Origin: the human T2T-CHM13v2.0 reference genome, Homo sapiens
Reading direction: 5' to 3' (one strand)
Assembly: GCF_009914755.1 (NCBI RefSeq)
Contig: NC_060928.1
Length of the DNA: 64,000 nt
Shown: positions 35,961 through 49,179 of the stretch, piece by piece
Layout of the letters: each line of letters begins with the position of its first letter
Numbering within the stretch: position 1 is the stretch's first letter
Position numbers and translations under genes: made by a program
Notes under the pieces: generated by a model
Databases searched by the model: none
What the model saw: the letters and a program-made list of their open reading frames with translations, nothing else
What the model was told of the DNA's origin: nothing

Positions 35961-36739
35961 TTACACTTTATTTGTTTCTTATTGAGGGTGGGAGGGACAA
36001 GATTAAAATATATTAAGTGAAGAAAAAGGAATATAGCCTGAATATTTATTTTTATTACATTACACAGAATTGTTGACATCTTGAGGGACAACCATTAGGT
36101 AGCAAGTAGAGTGTTGCATAAAGTGTTTTCACTTTTGTAAACCACAAAAAAGACAAATTTTTTTAATGGATCTCAGCAATAGACTTAATTTTAAAATCCC
36201 AACACTGCTGTTGGAAGATTGTGGTGAAGGGCTGTGAGCAAACCTGCAGTTTTTGTTAAAGAATCAACTTTGGCTCCCAGTGGGTAATCTATTCCTGTTC
36301 CAGTTGCTGTAGCTAAAGTGAATTTTTTTTGTGAATGTTTCCAACTACTATATAATGGATGTTTGCCCTAAATATTGCTGGTTAATTTAATCTTCTTTTG
36401 TGGAGTAGGATTCCAATGAGTCACTGTAAATGAATGATATTCAAGTGGATCTTTACTGGAAGATAGAAAACCTAACACCTAGATCTACAAAATCTTTGTA
36501 GTTTGGCTGAGTGAATCCATGGTTGACAAAAATGTATTGCAGATAAATAAGTTTACATTTTAGAAAACTGTTAAAGTAACTGGGAAAACAATTCCAATAT
36601 TTAAAGAAACACACTGATAAATGAGCGTTTCCGTTATTTTTTATTATTATTTATAAGATTAAAATGCAACATGATATTAAGTTAGATTTTTCAAAAGCAT
36701 TTTTGAAATGATTTTAAACAGTCAAAAATCTTTTTTTTT

Positions 36740-39625
36740 TAAAAAATAAATGCTGTTAGGATAACAAAATGTCATTTAGGATAAGATACAATTAGATATA
36801 TTACTCACATTATGTGCAAGAATAATATAAAAATGGTTGAGAGAATTAAATGTAAACAATGAAACAAGTTCTGGGTGAATGTAAGGGTATATCTTATATA
36901 ATATGACTATATAGAAATGCTTTCTGAATTGACTCAATATTCAGATGCAACAAAATTACAGATTGTTAAATTTCACTGACAGACACAAAAACTTTTCATG
37001 ACAAAGTGCACCGTAGGCAAAGTCAAAGGACAAATAAAAATTTAGAGAAAATATTTACGGAAGATACAAATAGGCAGTAGACTGTTAAATAGCTGAAAAG
37101 AGATTCAACTTTAAATGATGAGAAAAACGGAAAAGCAAAACTACACTGAGATACCTATGATATTGACAAAATCTCAAAAATTTGAAAATACACTGTTGGC
37201 AAGGCTGTGGGAAACAGTCATTCTCATGCATTGCATCTGGGAATGAAGAGTAGTGAAACCCTATGGAAGAGAACTTGGCAATATATAAGAAAAACTATTT
37301 GTGCATTTATCTTTGACTCCAGGAATTGCACTTTCAGGAATTTATCCTGAAGATACAGGCCCAATAGTACAAAACTACAAGGTTATTCATTGAAAAATGA
37401 TTTATAGTTGTAAAATATTGGAAATTATGAAAATATCCAAACTTAGTTGAATAAACTATGGTAAAAACATACAATGGAGTATTAAGCATCTGTAAAAAGA
37501 ATGAGGAAGATATTTATGAAAGGTATGGGGTGATTTTTCAAAAGATGATAAGTGAAAAAAACAAAGTGCAAAAAAGAACATGTAGTATGTTTCCTTTTGA
37601 GTAATAAAGAGGAGGAAATAACAATATGCATATACCAACTTATCTGAATAAAAAGAAACAGAAAAGCTAAGCTGGTACACATAGATGCAGCATGGAGCAG
37701 GAGGAACAGGGGAGCTCCTGATGCTTCTCTGACTATGCTTTTCTGCATTGTTCTGACTTTTAGATGGAGGTTAATGTTTATATATTTAAAAAATTTAAAG
37801 AGATAGGAAGTAAACAAAAAACTAAAACTGATAAGCCAGTGAACACAATTGTTTTCAAATGAATAGCATTAGTAAACTGAAAGGGGACATAGAAAAAGGA
37901 AAAAAAAAAGCTTAATTTTTGTGACTTTGGATTTTATTGCCTGCCCCCTTTGTTGCCACGGGGTAAGGGAAAAGTGGACAAAAAACTTCTAGGAGTAGTT
38001 TTCTTATTTTAGTGGTATTGGTAAAGCAATTCCAAAATTCTACGTGTATTTTTGGAAGAAGGGAGATACAAATGTAGAATTTAGGAAGGCAAGGGAAAAC
38101 CCCATGAGATAGATTGGAATTAATGTTATCAGTAAGAAGTCATGATTTCGGATACATATGTGTATGTTTGTTTTTACATACATATAAATATACGTGTATA
38201 TCCATGTGTATTTATACATACACACACACACATACATATATATGTATATGTACACTCACACACACAAATGCATACATATATGCTTCTAGGCCCTCTTAGT
38301 AAACAGATATTCAAGCTCTGACACCCAAGAATAATGAGCACTTTTAGTGCCCTGAATCCTGTTTTTTTTTTAAATACCATTCCCCAGTGAATGGACCCAG
38401 GGTTCCACCAAGAAATGGCTGATTACAGAACTGGGGCAACAAGAGTCCAAGGTAAGCCTGGAGAAACTTTTGATGTCAGATAATAAATGTTGAAAAAATT
38501 ATAGGAGTTTATCAAAAGGTCACAGGGGATATCTTGAAGGAGCTCTCACTGTAAAATCTGAGATAATTTAATCTCCAAATAATTAAGGATAGCAAGGAAT
38601 AATAAATTGTTTAACAACAGAATTCATGAGTCTATATTAGTATTAAAGAGATGGCAAATAGATGGATTATTTAATTGAATAAATACATAACTGTGGAAGA
38701 AGAGAGGGCTTTCCCTTATAGTAGAATATCAATTGATAAATGTGTAGATGGTACTAGAGTTGGAAAATCATCACTTTGCAACCACCATAATAAAGGTTAG
38801 TCAAGAGTAAGGATCATCAATGGATGATAAGTCTATGGGAAATTATGATGCGGAGCATGGTTTAAAGTGTCCTCCTACAGACTGCCAATAAGTTGGAAAA
38901 GAAAAAATAGTAACTCTAGACTGGGGAAGCTGGACGGCACTTTATCCAGGTGATTGTAAATGAAAGCAATGAACTTTGTTTCTGCATGTGACAGCCTACA
39001 AAGCACACAGCGTCTCTTATGTATTAGCCTTCCCACATATATACATGTATATATAGCCTGCATTTAATCATGAGCAAACACCAGACAAACTCAAAATGTG
39101 AAATATTATATTAAGGAAACAAAAAAGATGCATAAACCCTCATATTCTTCAAAAATGTAAATATCATGATAGAAAAAGAATGGATGAGGAAATGTTCCAG
39201 ATTTATGGGGACTAAAAAGACATGGCAACCAAATGTAATACATAATCCTCGACAGGATCCTGTATAGGAGGAAAAACAGCAGTCTTATAAAGAACAAAAT
39301 TAAGATCATTCATAAAATGTGAATATTGTTGATAGATTAAATGAAAATATTGTAGTAATGTTAAATTTTCTGAAGTTGATAATGAAACTGTGATTCTGCA
39401 AGAGGATGCCCTTGTTTATAAATATATACCAAAATATTTATTATTTAGGGATAAAAATATATACATAGACATACACACAAACATACCTATATAAAGAGAG
39501 AGACAAATGATGCAAATAGGGCAAATATTAACAATGGGTGAATCTCAGTAAGACTACATGTTTTTCCTTGATTTTGCAACTTTTCTGAAAGCTTGAAGAG
39601 ATTTTCAGCTATAATGTTTTTAAAA
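36740..39625 (+). mobile_element. Old L1 (L1MC4-like) ORF2 end and long 3'UTR
   Basis: Sense L1 phrases (ttggcaaggctgtgggaaacag; ctttgactccaggaattgcactt); L1MC4-type aagaaatggctgattacagaactgggg...aggtaagcctgga; 3' end ttgcaacttttctgaaagcttgaa. Confidence 0.75.
38150..38282. repeat. Degenerate (TA/CA/TG)n low-complexity tract
   Basis: Alternating purine-pyrimidine run inside the L1MC 3'UTR. Confidence 0.85.
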
Positions 39626-40347
39626 ATTAGATTTCTGTCATTTAGTCCCTGAAATCTTAATAAGGAGACAATTTAACTGTAAAATACTTAGGACACTGAG
39701 AAAAAAATGATTTGATCATCATTTATGTCTGAACATTTAAGAAGATATATCAAAATCTATGAAATATTATACTTTAGCTTATGAAGGAAGCCATATATAT
39801 TAAATGCTCCTAAATGTTTAAGTATCTAACTAATTTTGTGAGTAAGATTTCCTTGAGGCTTTGGTCTCCATTTTCTTGTCTACAAGATGGGGCTACTAGG
39901 GCCTCTGTACCTTTCTGTGTATTACAAGGCAATGCATGATTTAGTAACTTATAGATTAAGGGGAACAAGGAGTTAACTAAATGATAAAAAAATGATAAGA
40001 CAGATAAGAGAGATAAGAACATACTGTAAATGTTCAGAGGTGGAAGTGATTGCATCTGGATGGGAAAACAGTTAAAAGTTCTTGAAGGAGCATTTAAATT
40101 AAACTTAAAAGACAGGTAATTCTTTAATAACTTTTCTACATTTTGCCTATTGTTTTCTATAGGACTTTAGACTATTATTCATGAAATGTAGAAAAAAAAT
40201 GTTACTTGCAGTATTGACAGCAATTCTAATAAAGTAACACTTTTTCATTTTATTGTAACAATTAGTTCACCCTATCAAAATAAACAATATGTTTTCTTAA
40301 CTAGAGAAAAATATCATTATTGATCAATTGATTATGAAATGGCAAAA

Positions 40348-40436
40348 GCTGGTCTTGAATTCCTGACCTCAAGTGATCCACCTGCCTCAACCTCCCAAAG
40401 TGCTGAGATTACAGGCATGAATCACCACACCCAGCT
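40348..40436 (-). mobile_element. Alu left-arm 5' fragment (~90 bp)
   Basis: gctggtcttgaattcctgacctcaagtgatccacc...caccacacccagc; the rest of the element and the tail are absent. Confidence 0.88.
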
Positions 40437-42820
40437 TGATATGTTTCATTTTGAACATTGGTATTTATTAAAGCACCAAGAAAAGCTGCCATAACCTCTG
40501 ATCAGAGATCCCCTTTGTTAAAAATTTTTCTTGTCTTAATTTTATAAATAAGTCAATAGCTGTATAAATATATACACACCAAAATGGGATAATCAAATTA
40601 TGGATATATAATAGATGTTTTAATAATTGTACCATTATCTGAGTGAATGTGATTTTCAATTCATTTGGGCAAAGACCAAGGAACACAATTGCTGGAACAT
40701 AGGGAAACTATATGTTTAGTTTGTAAGAAACTGAAAAACTCTTCCAAAGTGGCTATATAATTTTACATTCCCATCACCAATGATTGAGGGTTCCTATTGT
40801 TCCAAATTTTTGCCAACATTTAGTGTTGTCAGTGATTTCGATTTTGGCCATTCTTATAGGTGTGTAGTGGTATCTGGTTGTTTTAATGTGCATTTCCTGA
40901 TGACACATGATGTGGAACATCTTTTCATGTGCTTATTTTCCAAAGACAGTTTTATTTCTTCCTTCCTAACCTACATATCAATCATTGTCTCTGATTACTG
41001 TAGCTTTATAATAGGTCTCAAAGTTAGGTAGTGTCCGTCTTCTAACTTTGTTTTTTTTCCCTTCAGTATTGAGTTGGTTATTCTGGGTCTTTTGTTTCTC
41101 CATATAAACTTTAGAATCGGTTTGAAAATGCCTGTGTATCTTTTTTGGTGAGGTACGTGTTCAGGTCTTTGGTCCACGTTTTAATTGGATTGTTTTCTTA
41201 TTGTTAAATTTTAAGTATTATTTATATATTTTGAATAACAATCTTTTATCAGATATGCCTTTTACAAATACTTCCTCACAGTTTGTGGCTTGGCTTCCAA
41301 TTCTTTTAACATTGTCTTTTGCAGGGCAGAGTTTCTGAATTTTAATGAAGTCTGATGTATGAATTGGTGTTATATCTAAAAATTCAACATTATACCTAAG
41401 GTTATCTAGGTTTTGTCCTCAGTCATCTTCTAGGGAACTTATGGTTTTAAAATTTACATTTGGATCTATGATCTATTTTGAGTTAATTTTTGTGAAGAGT
41501 GTTAAGATCAGTGCCTAGATTCATTTTTTTTGTTTTGTTTTTTGCATGTGGTTGTCCAGTTTTTCCAGCACCATTTGTTGAAAAGACTATCTTTGTTCCA
41601 TTGTATTGCCACTGCTCCTTTGTCAAAAATCAGTTGGCTATATGTATGTGGGTCTATTTCTGGGTTCTCTTTTCCATTCCATTACCTATTTGCTTATTCA
41701 TTTGCCAATATCAATCATTGTCTCTGATTACTGTAGCTTTATAATAGGTCTCAAAGTTAGGTAGTGTCCGTCTTCTAACTTTGTTTTTTTTCCCTTCAAT
41801 ATTGAGTTGGTTATTCTGGGTCTTTTGTTTCTCCATATAAACTTTAGAATCAGTTTGTAAATATCGACAAAACAACTTGCTGAGATTTCGGTGGGGATTG
41901 TGTTGAATCTGTAGTTCAGGTTAATAATTGACATCTTGACAATATTGAGCCTTTCTGTTCAGGAACAGAGAATATCTGTTCATTGATTTAGTTTCTCTTT
42001 GATCTATTTCTCAAAGTTTATAGTTTGCCTCATGTAAATCTTGTTAGACATATTGTATTAGATTTTTACTTAAGTATTTTATTTTTGGGGTGCTAATACA
42101 AATGGTTATGTGGTTTTAATTTCAAATGCCACTTGTTAATTGCTGTGTATAGAAAAGCAGATGATTTTGTATATTATTTCCTGTGCATTGTTATAATCAC
42201 TAGTTCCAGAAATTTTTTGTAGATTATTTGGGATTTTGTGAATATACAATCATGTATCTTCATATATCTGTGACAAAGACAGTTTTATTTCTTCCTTCCT
42301 AACCTACGTATGTTTTATTTCCTTTCCAGTGGTGGAAAGGGACATCCTTGCCTCGTTTCTGATCTTACTGAGAAAATTTTGAGTTTCTAACCATTAAGCC
42401 TGATGTTAGCTGTAGGTTTTTTGTAGATTTTTAAAAAACTCAATTTGAGGAAGTTTTCCTATTGCTTTTTTGATAAGAGTTTTTTTTAAATTTTATTTTA
42501 TCATGGTTGGCCATTGGATATTGTCAAATGCTTTTTCTGCATATATTTATATAATCTATAATGATGTGATTTTTCCTCTTTAGCCTGCTGATGTGATGGA
42601 TGATAATAATTTATTTTCAAATGTTGAACCTGGGGTAAATCACACTTGATCATGCTGTATTATAATTCTTTTCATATATTGTTGGATTTTATTTGCTAAT
42701 TATGTTAAAGAGTTTTGTGTATGTGTTAATGAAAGGTATCACTCTGTGGTTTTAGTTTTTTCAATGCATTTGTCTGATTTTGGTATTAGGGTAAAATGCT
42801 GATCTCATGGAATGAATCAA

Positions 42821-42863
42821 GTACCCTAGAACTTAAAGTATTTTATTTATATATATATATATG
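42821..42863 (+). mobile_element. Ultra-short L1PA 3'-end insertion with AT-rich tail
   Basis: gtaccctagaacttaaagtat is the L1PA4/5-type 3' terminus, in opposite orientation to the host L1M; flanked by aagta at 42819-42823 and 42864-42868. Confidence 0.7.
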
Positions 42864-43559
42864 AAGTATTCCTTATACTTTTATCTTCTGAATGATAGTG
42901 TAGAGAATTTGTATAATTTTCTCCTTAGATGTTTGGTAGAATTCACCAGTGAACCCATCTGGGCACTGTGGTTTCTGTTTTGGAAGGTTATTGGTTACCG
43001 ATTCAACTTCTTTGATAAATGTAGGCCTAGTCAGATTGTTTATTTTTTCTTGAGTGAGTTTTGGCGGATTATGTTCTCCAAGGAATTAGTTCATTTTATT
43101 TAGCTTATCAAATACATGGGCCTAGAGCTGTTCATATTTATTATCCCTTCAGTTTCCATGAGGTCTGTAGTTATATCTCCTATCTCACTTCTGATTTTAG
43201 TAATTTGTGCCTTCTGTCTTTTTTTCTTAGTTAGCTTAGCTAGAGGCTTATTGATATTATTGATCTTTTCAAGGATCATCTTTTGGCTTTGTTGATTTTC
43301 TCTATTTCCTGTTTTAAGTTATTTTCTACTCTAATTTTCATGTTTTTTTTAATTATGCTTACTTAGGATTTAATTTATTAAGGTGGAAACTTAGATGATT
43401 GATTTTAGATTGTTCTTCTTTTCTAATATATGAGTTCTGTGCTATAAATTCTCCTCTAACCACTGCTGCATTGCATTCTAAAAAATTTAATAAATTATAT
43501 TTCACTCTCATCTAGTTCAAATATTTTTAAATTTCTCCAGAGATTTCACCTATCTGTTA

Positions 43560-43872
<313 letters not shown>

Positions 43873-44169
43873 TAGAGATATGTTATTTAATCTCTAGAAT
43901 TTTGGGATTTGCCAGCAGTCTGTTGCTAACTTCTTGTTTAGTTCCATTGTGTCTGAAAGCAGATATTGTGTAATATATATTCTTTTAAATTTGTTAAGTT
44001 GTGTTTGGTGGCCCAGAATTTGGTCTGTTTTAGAAAATGTTCTATGTGAGGCTGAGAAGAATGTGTAATCTGCTATGTTGGCCGTGATCATTTTCATTAA
44101 ATATTTTTCAATTTAATTTTTCAACCTCTAAGATCATACTGATCTTAGGAACTTGAAAAGTTGAAAAAT

Positions 44170-44275
44170 TATTATATACATTTATGCACATATGTACATA
44201 TACACATAAACATACATACATACAATACATATATATACACATATATAGACATATAGACATATTATTCATATGTGC
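44170..44275. repeat. (TACA/TA)n low-complexity tract
   Basis: Degenerate atatacat repeats. Confidence 0.8.
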
Positions 44276-44612
44276 CCATCGATACAGCAATTGTACTCTA
44301 TTTGTAGTATTTGAAATAGATACTGTCACATCATAGTATTGAGTTTATTAAATACCATCTGAGTATGCTAGGAATGAACTAATTTTTCAAAATTGTGCAT
44401 TATTTTGCATCTCAGGGTAAAAGTATTTTAAAAATTGACATCTCGTAAAAGATATCTCTTGAAAAATATAAATTTAGAACTGAAAATAGCAGGATATTTC
44501 TCTTTGCACATTTTTCTCTCTCTGAGATTAAGCAAAAAAGTAGCAGCCAAATAATAAAACTCTTATATTTTCTGGTGTAGACATACCAAAACTAGTTAGC
44601 AATATGAAACCT

Positions 44613-44622
44613 ACACATGCAC

Positions 44623-44662
<40 letters not shown>
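44613..44662. repeat. (CA)n microsatellite
   Basis: About 25 units with two interruptions near the start. Confidence 0.97.
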
Positions 44663-44664
<2 letters not shown>

Positions 44665-45127
44665 ACACATTATAGAAATAAATGTATTTTCTTTTGTGAT
44701 TTTTTTTCCTATTTGAACTATAAAATAAGGAGTAACTTCAAATTGTATTAAATCTTAGAATTTCATAAAGATTGCATAATCCAGCTAAAGATGAAATTTC
44801 TAGGGATAATATAAGCAGTTCATATATCTGTGTGTAGCAGTGATGTTTCTGATAATAATTGTATACTGGTTTGGGGGTTTTTCTTTAGAGTCATATATAT
44901 TAGCTCATTTGCACAGTTACTATGTGTAAAACATGCACATTTTTTGAATAGTAGTTAAAATCTGGAAATGTTGAAATGATGCATTTATATTTAGATATTT
45001 AGTCATGTGTATGGATGTGGAAAATAGCAATGATCTGATAAGTTTTGATTTATTCCAAAAGTCACCATGGTATAAAGGGGGTTTTCCACATTTTTCTGAT
45101 CTACTTCAAGGCAGAATTTGAATAGAC

Positions 45128-45315
45128 AAGTGATTCTCAAGAGTGCCTCAGAATCACTTGAAGGGCTTGTGTAAAGTGATAAAGAGATGGCTAGGCCCCA
45201 CCCCTCGAGTTTTTGATAAAGGAAGTCAGATATAGGGCTGAGGTGGTGTATTTTTAACAAGTTCTCAGATATAGCTGATGCTGGTAGTTTGGAATCACAC
45301 CTTGCAAACCAATGG
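45128..45315. mobile_element. MER5A-like hAT MITE
   Basis: agtgattctcaa...cagaatcacttgaagggcttg...ggccccacccc...tttttaacaagttctcag...gctgatgctg...cacaccttgcaaaccaatg. Confidence 0.8.
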
Positions 45316-48300
45316 AGTAATAGATAATGGACAATTTTCTAATAAAATCAGCACATAATTATTTCTACTAAGCAAATCTGAATCATGAATAGGACTGACA
45401 GCCTTTCAGATCCACATTAAAGGAAACTAACTCTTCTGTCTCGGTACTGATATTATTGGTATTATAAATATGCAGTAAATAACACATAATGGAGACATAC
45501 CTATTCTACTAGATCTCTCTAGGATCTTAAGTTTTGTTATTTAAATAATTGATAAAAATTAGAAAAGAATATGCCAAATAGTTGGGTTCTTTTCCTGAAC
45601 AAAAAGAGTATTTTTTGAACCATGCATGAAATTCAAGGAATGTAAGTAAAAATTGAAATCTATATTGAGTGCCTCTGCTGAACTAAAATGGATATTTTAA
45701 AGTAAGTGCCCTTGATGGGATATTTAGATGAAAATCTATATTTTTTGTAGTATTATATTTTGCAATGAAATCCACTTTTATGAAACTGAATTCAGAAAAC
45801 TCTCATTTCAAAGTAACCTGAAGACAAATGGATATTCGTTGTCAATCTTAAGATATATTAAAGTTAATTTGTGTTGGTAAAATTTTGAGTGAGTGTGCTC
45901 TTGTAAACACCTGAGTGCTATTCAGCTTAATTGGGTTATAGCTCATCCTGATTGTGTTTTTCTCCTGCTGTATCTAATTTCTTTTTTTCAATATTTTATT
46001 GTTTGGTTTGATTTTGAAGGTGTATGGAAATTAAAGAACTCTAATTTTTTAAGAGCCCTAAAGGGAAGTATGCTTTCGTGTTAGTCATTCCTGTGAACAC
46101 CTGTGCACTGTTGAATTTAATTGGGTTACAGCTGGTGCTGAGAGAGAGTCAACTAAATGAGGTTTTATAGACTGGCTAGAAACTTGACATTGCATGTCAT
46201 TGCTTCTTCCCTCCCATTACTTTTCTTTCTATACATTTACAAGATGCTTGGATCTGAAAGATTTTGAAGGTAAATTGAATGAACTTATGATCGGTGATAC
46301 TTGGTAGTGATTACTTCAGAAAAAGTGTACTTCCATTATACGTTTGTGCAGTACCTCAGAATAAGGTGATCCTAACCTCAGAAGCTAGATGGCCTGCTTG
46401 TTGCCAGTAATTCAGGAACACAATGTAATACTGTAGTTAGATTTTCAGAGACTGGTTATTCAATCATATGAGGGTTTTCAGAGGAAAAAACAATGCGTTG
46501 AAATTGAAAAGGTAGTAAAAAATTAAATATTATAGAAACCATAGATAACAAAGTAAATGAGGGTAGAATCTATCCACTGAGAGGTAATTATTTTTAATAT
46601 CTCAATATCATCATTAGAATAAGTTCCTCAGTATGGCCAATAACAATAATTAAATAATTTCAAATAATTTGTTAAAAATTAAATAGAACAATTTGGCAAC
46701 TTCTTTAGAAAATTTAAGATGGCTCTGTGTTTTTCTCTTGAGCCAATATCATAGACTATTAATTAGTTCGGCAGATAAAATTGAATATACAAAGGGCATT
46801 TGGGAACTAGGAGTAGGTGGCAATAGAGTAATATTTAATGGCACTAAATATTAGAATCTTCAACTAGATCCCAGTTTTAGAAAACTATATTCCTTTTTAT
46901 TTCAAATAAGTTTGAAAATTTAATAGCATTGAATGTTTGTTTTGAATCTATTTTACATGACAGAAAGCAAAATTTAAAACACCAGCAAAAACTAACGAAG
47001 TATAAAACAGCAGTTAAAGTATTCACTTAGTAAAGCATTTCTAACATATAACAAAAAACCTTCTAGATGTATTGCTATGCTACTTTAAATGTATAATAGA
47101 GAAAAAGAATTTGCTATCCCACTGTTTTTTTTTTGAAAATTAAACTCTGATGAGTGACCTACATTTTTTCACATCCTCTGTGATAAATTAAGAAAGCTAT
47201 ATATTAAGATAAATAAAATGTCTTTAAATTCAATAGAACTATTAAAAATAGGCATTATAATAGAATTAATGCATGTAAAGTACTAATATATCTTTCGTAA
47301 TATTCTTGATCTTGTGATTAAGCCAGCATTTTCCCATTTTTGAAAGATGAAACTTTCAAAATATTATGGGTCATTCATTTTGGTCAAATTATTCAACCTG
47401 GTGTTCTTTGTGCACTTGTCTGATCAGTAAAGCTTTAGGAAGACAGCTTGCTCTCAGGCACTCTCCATAAGACTGAGCATATAACTGTGCTGGTCAGTTA
47501 CAGGAGCAAAATGTTCCTTTGAACCTCTATAGATTCAATGGCAAACATGCTGGAGGTCTCACTTTGTAGTACACCATCACCCGTGCCCAAATAGGGATGT
47601 GACTGTATCAAGAGAGTGCAGCCATTATGTGAGGACAGATTCAGGGGACTTGTTAGTTTCTGGTAAAGAAGGAGTGTAAGTTTAACTACTTTCCAAATGC
47701 GGCCTGATGGAGCATGCAGAGCTGCCATCCCAGCAGAGTACCTTATCTTGGAAATGAGATGGATTTGTGGACTGAGGTGTGTCTGAGGAGATCTGATCAC
47801 ATTGGTGTCAACTGAAGGATGTGGGGAGTCCACAGGCTGAATTATATACAATAAGGGGGTCTACTTAATTTGTCCTAAATCACTGAGATTAGAAAGTTTA
47901 TCCAGGTTTCTAGGAGAAAAAGTGAGAATAGGGTGTTTTTTTTATATCACAGGAATCTTATTAATTTTATGTTCATGAAGAGATGCTTGGTGCTTTAAGG
48001 AATGCCAGTTAAGTAATGGGTAAATGAGAAAGAAAAAAAAATTCCCTGCTTGCCTGATTACTCTTTTCTAGAAGTAAGTAACCTGGTTTTATGGGGCTCA
48101 AGACTATGCCTCAAGTTACTACTTTTGTAAAACACAACTCGCCTTACTCCAACTTCATAGAAACTAAGCTTTTGCAAATGTCATAAACAGCTATTGAATG
48201 TAGTCAGTTACTTTTGCACAGAATAAAATATGAAGAATATATGTTTGCCTGGCTCCTGCCATGATGCCTGCCCCTGCTTCTTCGTGCTCCCCATATCCGT

Positions 48301-49179
48301 GTATTCATTTCTAGATAGCAATTCAGCCATTGAGCCTCAGACCTAGTACTTGAAATAAACATAAGTTATTTAGAAAACCAGCTGCATTTTAACACATTGC
48401 CTGAGGCAACCAACTGGGTCCTGTGAACTTTATGCAGTTATTATTGACCTGTTTTCTCTGTTACTCCAAACTAAATGTGTATTATATTGAGGTAACCATT
48501 ATGCAAGCAAATGTGGTTCTTAAATATATTTATGAAATGAAGAAAATGGTCAGATAAGTGGTAATAATTGTAGTTTAGCTGTGGATAAAGTTCTGGAATT
48601 ACTTGATAGGAAAGTTTTAAGTCTGATGATGATATCTCAAATGTTCAACTTCAGACTCTGGAACTTAGTAAGCTATCACTTATGTATTTATGAGATTTGC
48701 TGTGATAGTAACATTTTAAATGCAAAGGTACATTTAATTGAGCTTTCTCTTTTTGGCAACTTGTACTAGAAGAATGTACCTAAATTTTCAGTAAGCTGAT
48801 CAAATTAGGAGAGCATCTGTCTTAGCAATGTATTATTCATCTCTAAACAATAATGATGCGGGCAGTTGTATTGTATTGTCATAATTGAAGTTGCCTAGCC
48901 ATATGTTATACACCCTGAAGACACACAACCACACAAAAATTTTAAGTGATCATTTACTGATTCTGATATTTTACTTGAGAAGATAAGCATTTTCAAGTGC
49001 GCCAAGGGAAATAAAAATATTACAGAGATTTTCCTTTGATACCTAACCATTAAATTCAATAACTCATAAATCAAAAAATTTTAAAGCTTATTACGAGTCA
49101 AGAATTGTGGTAAATGAGCAGCTGTGGAGACAAGTTAAAGCCTGATAAGATAGAAGCCACCTTTCCCAACACTGATAGG

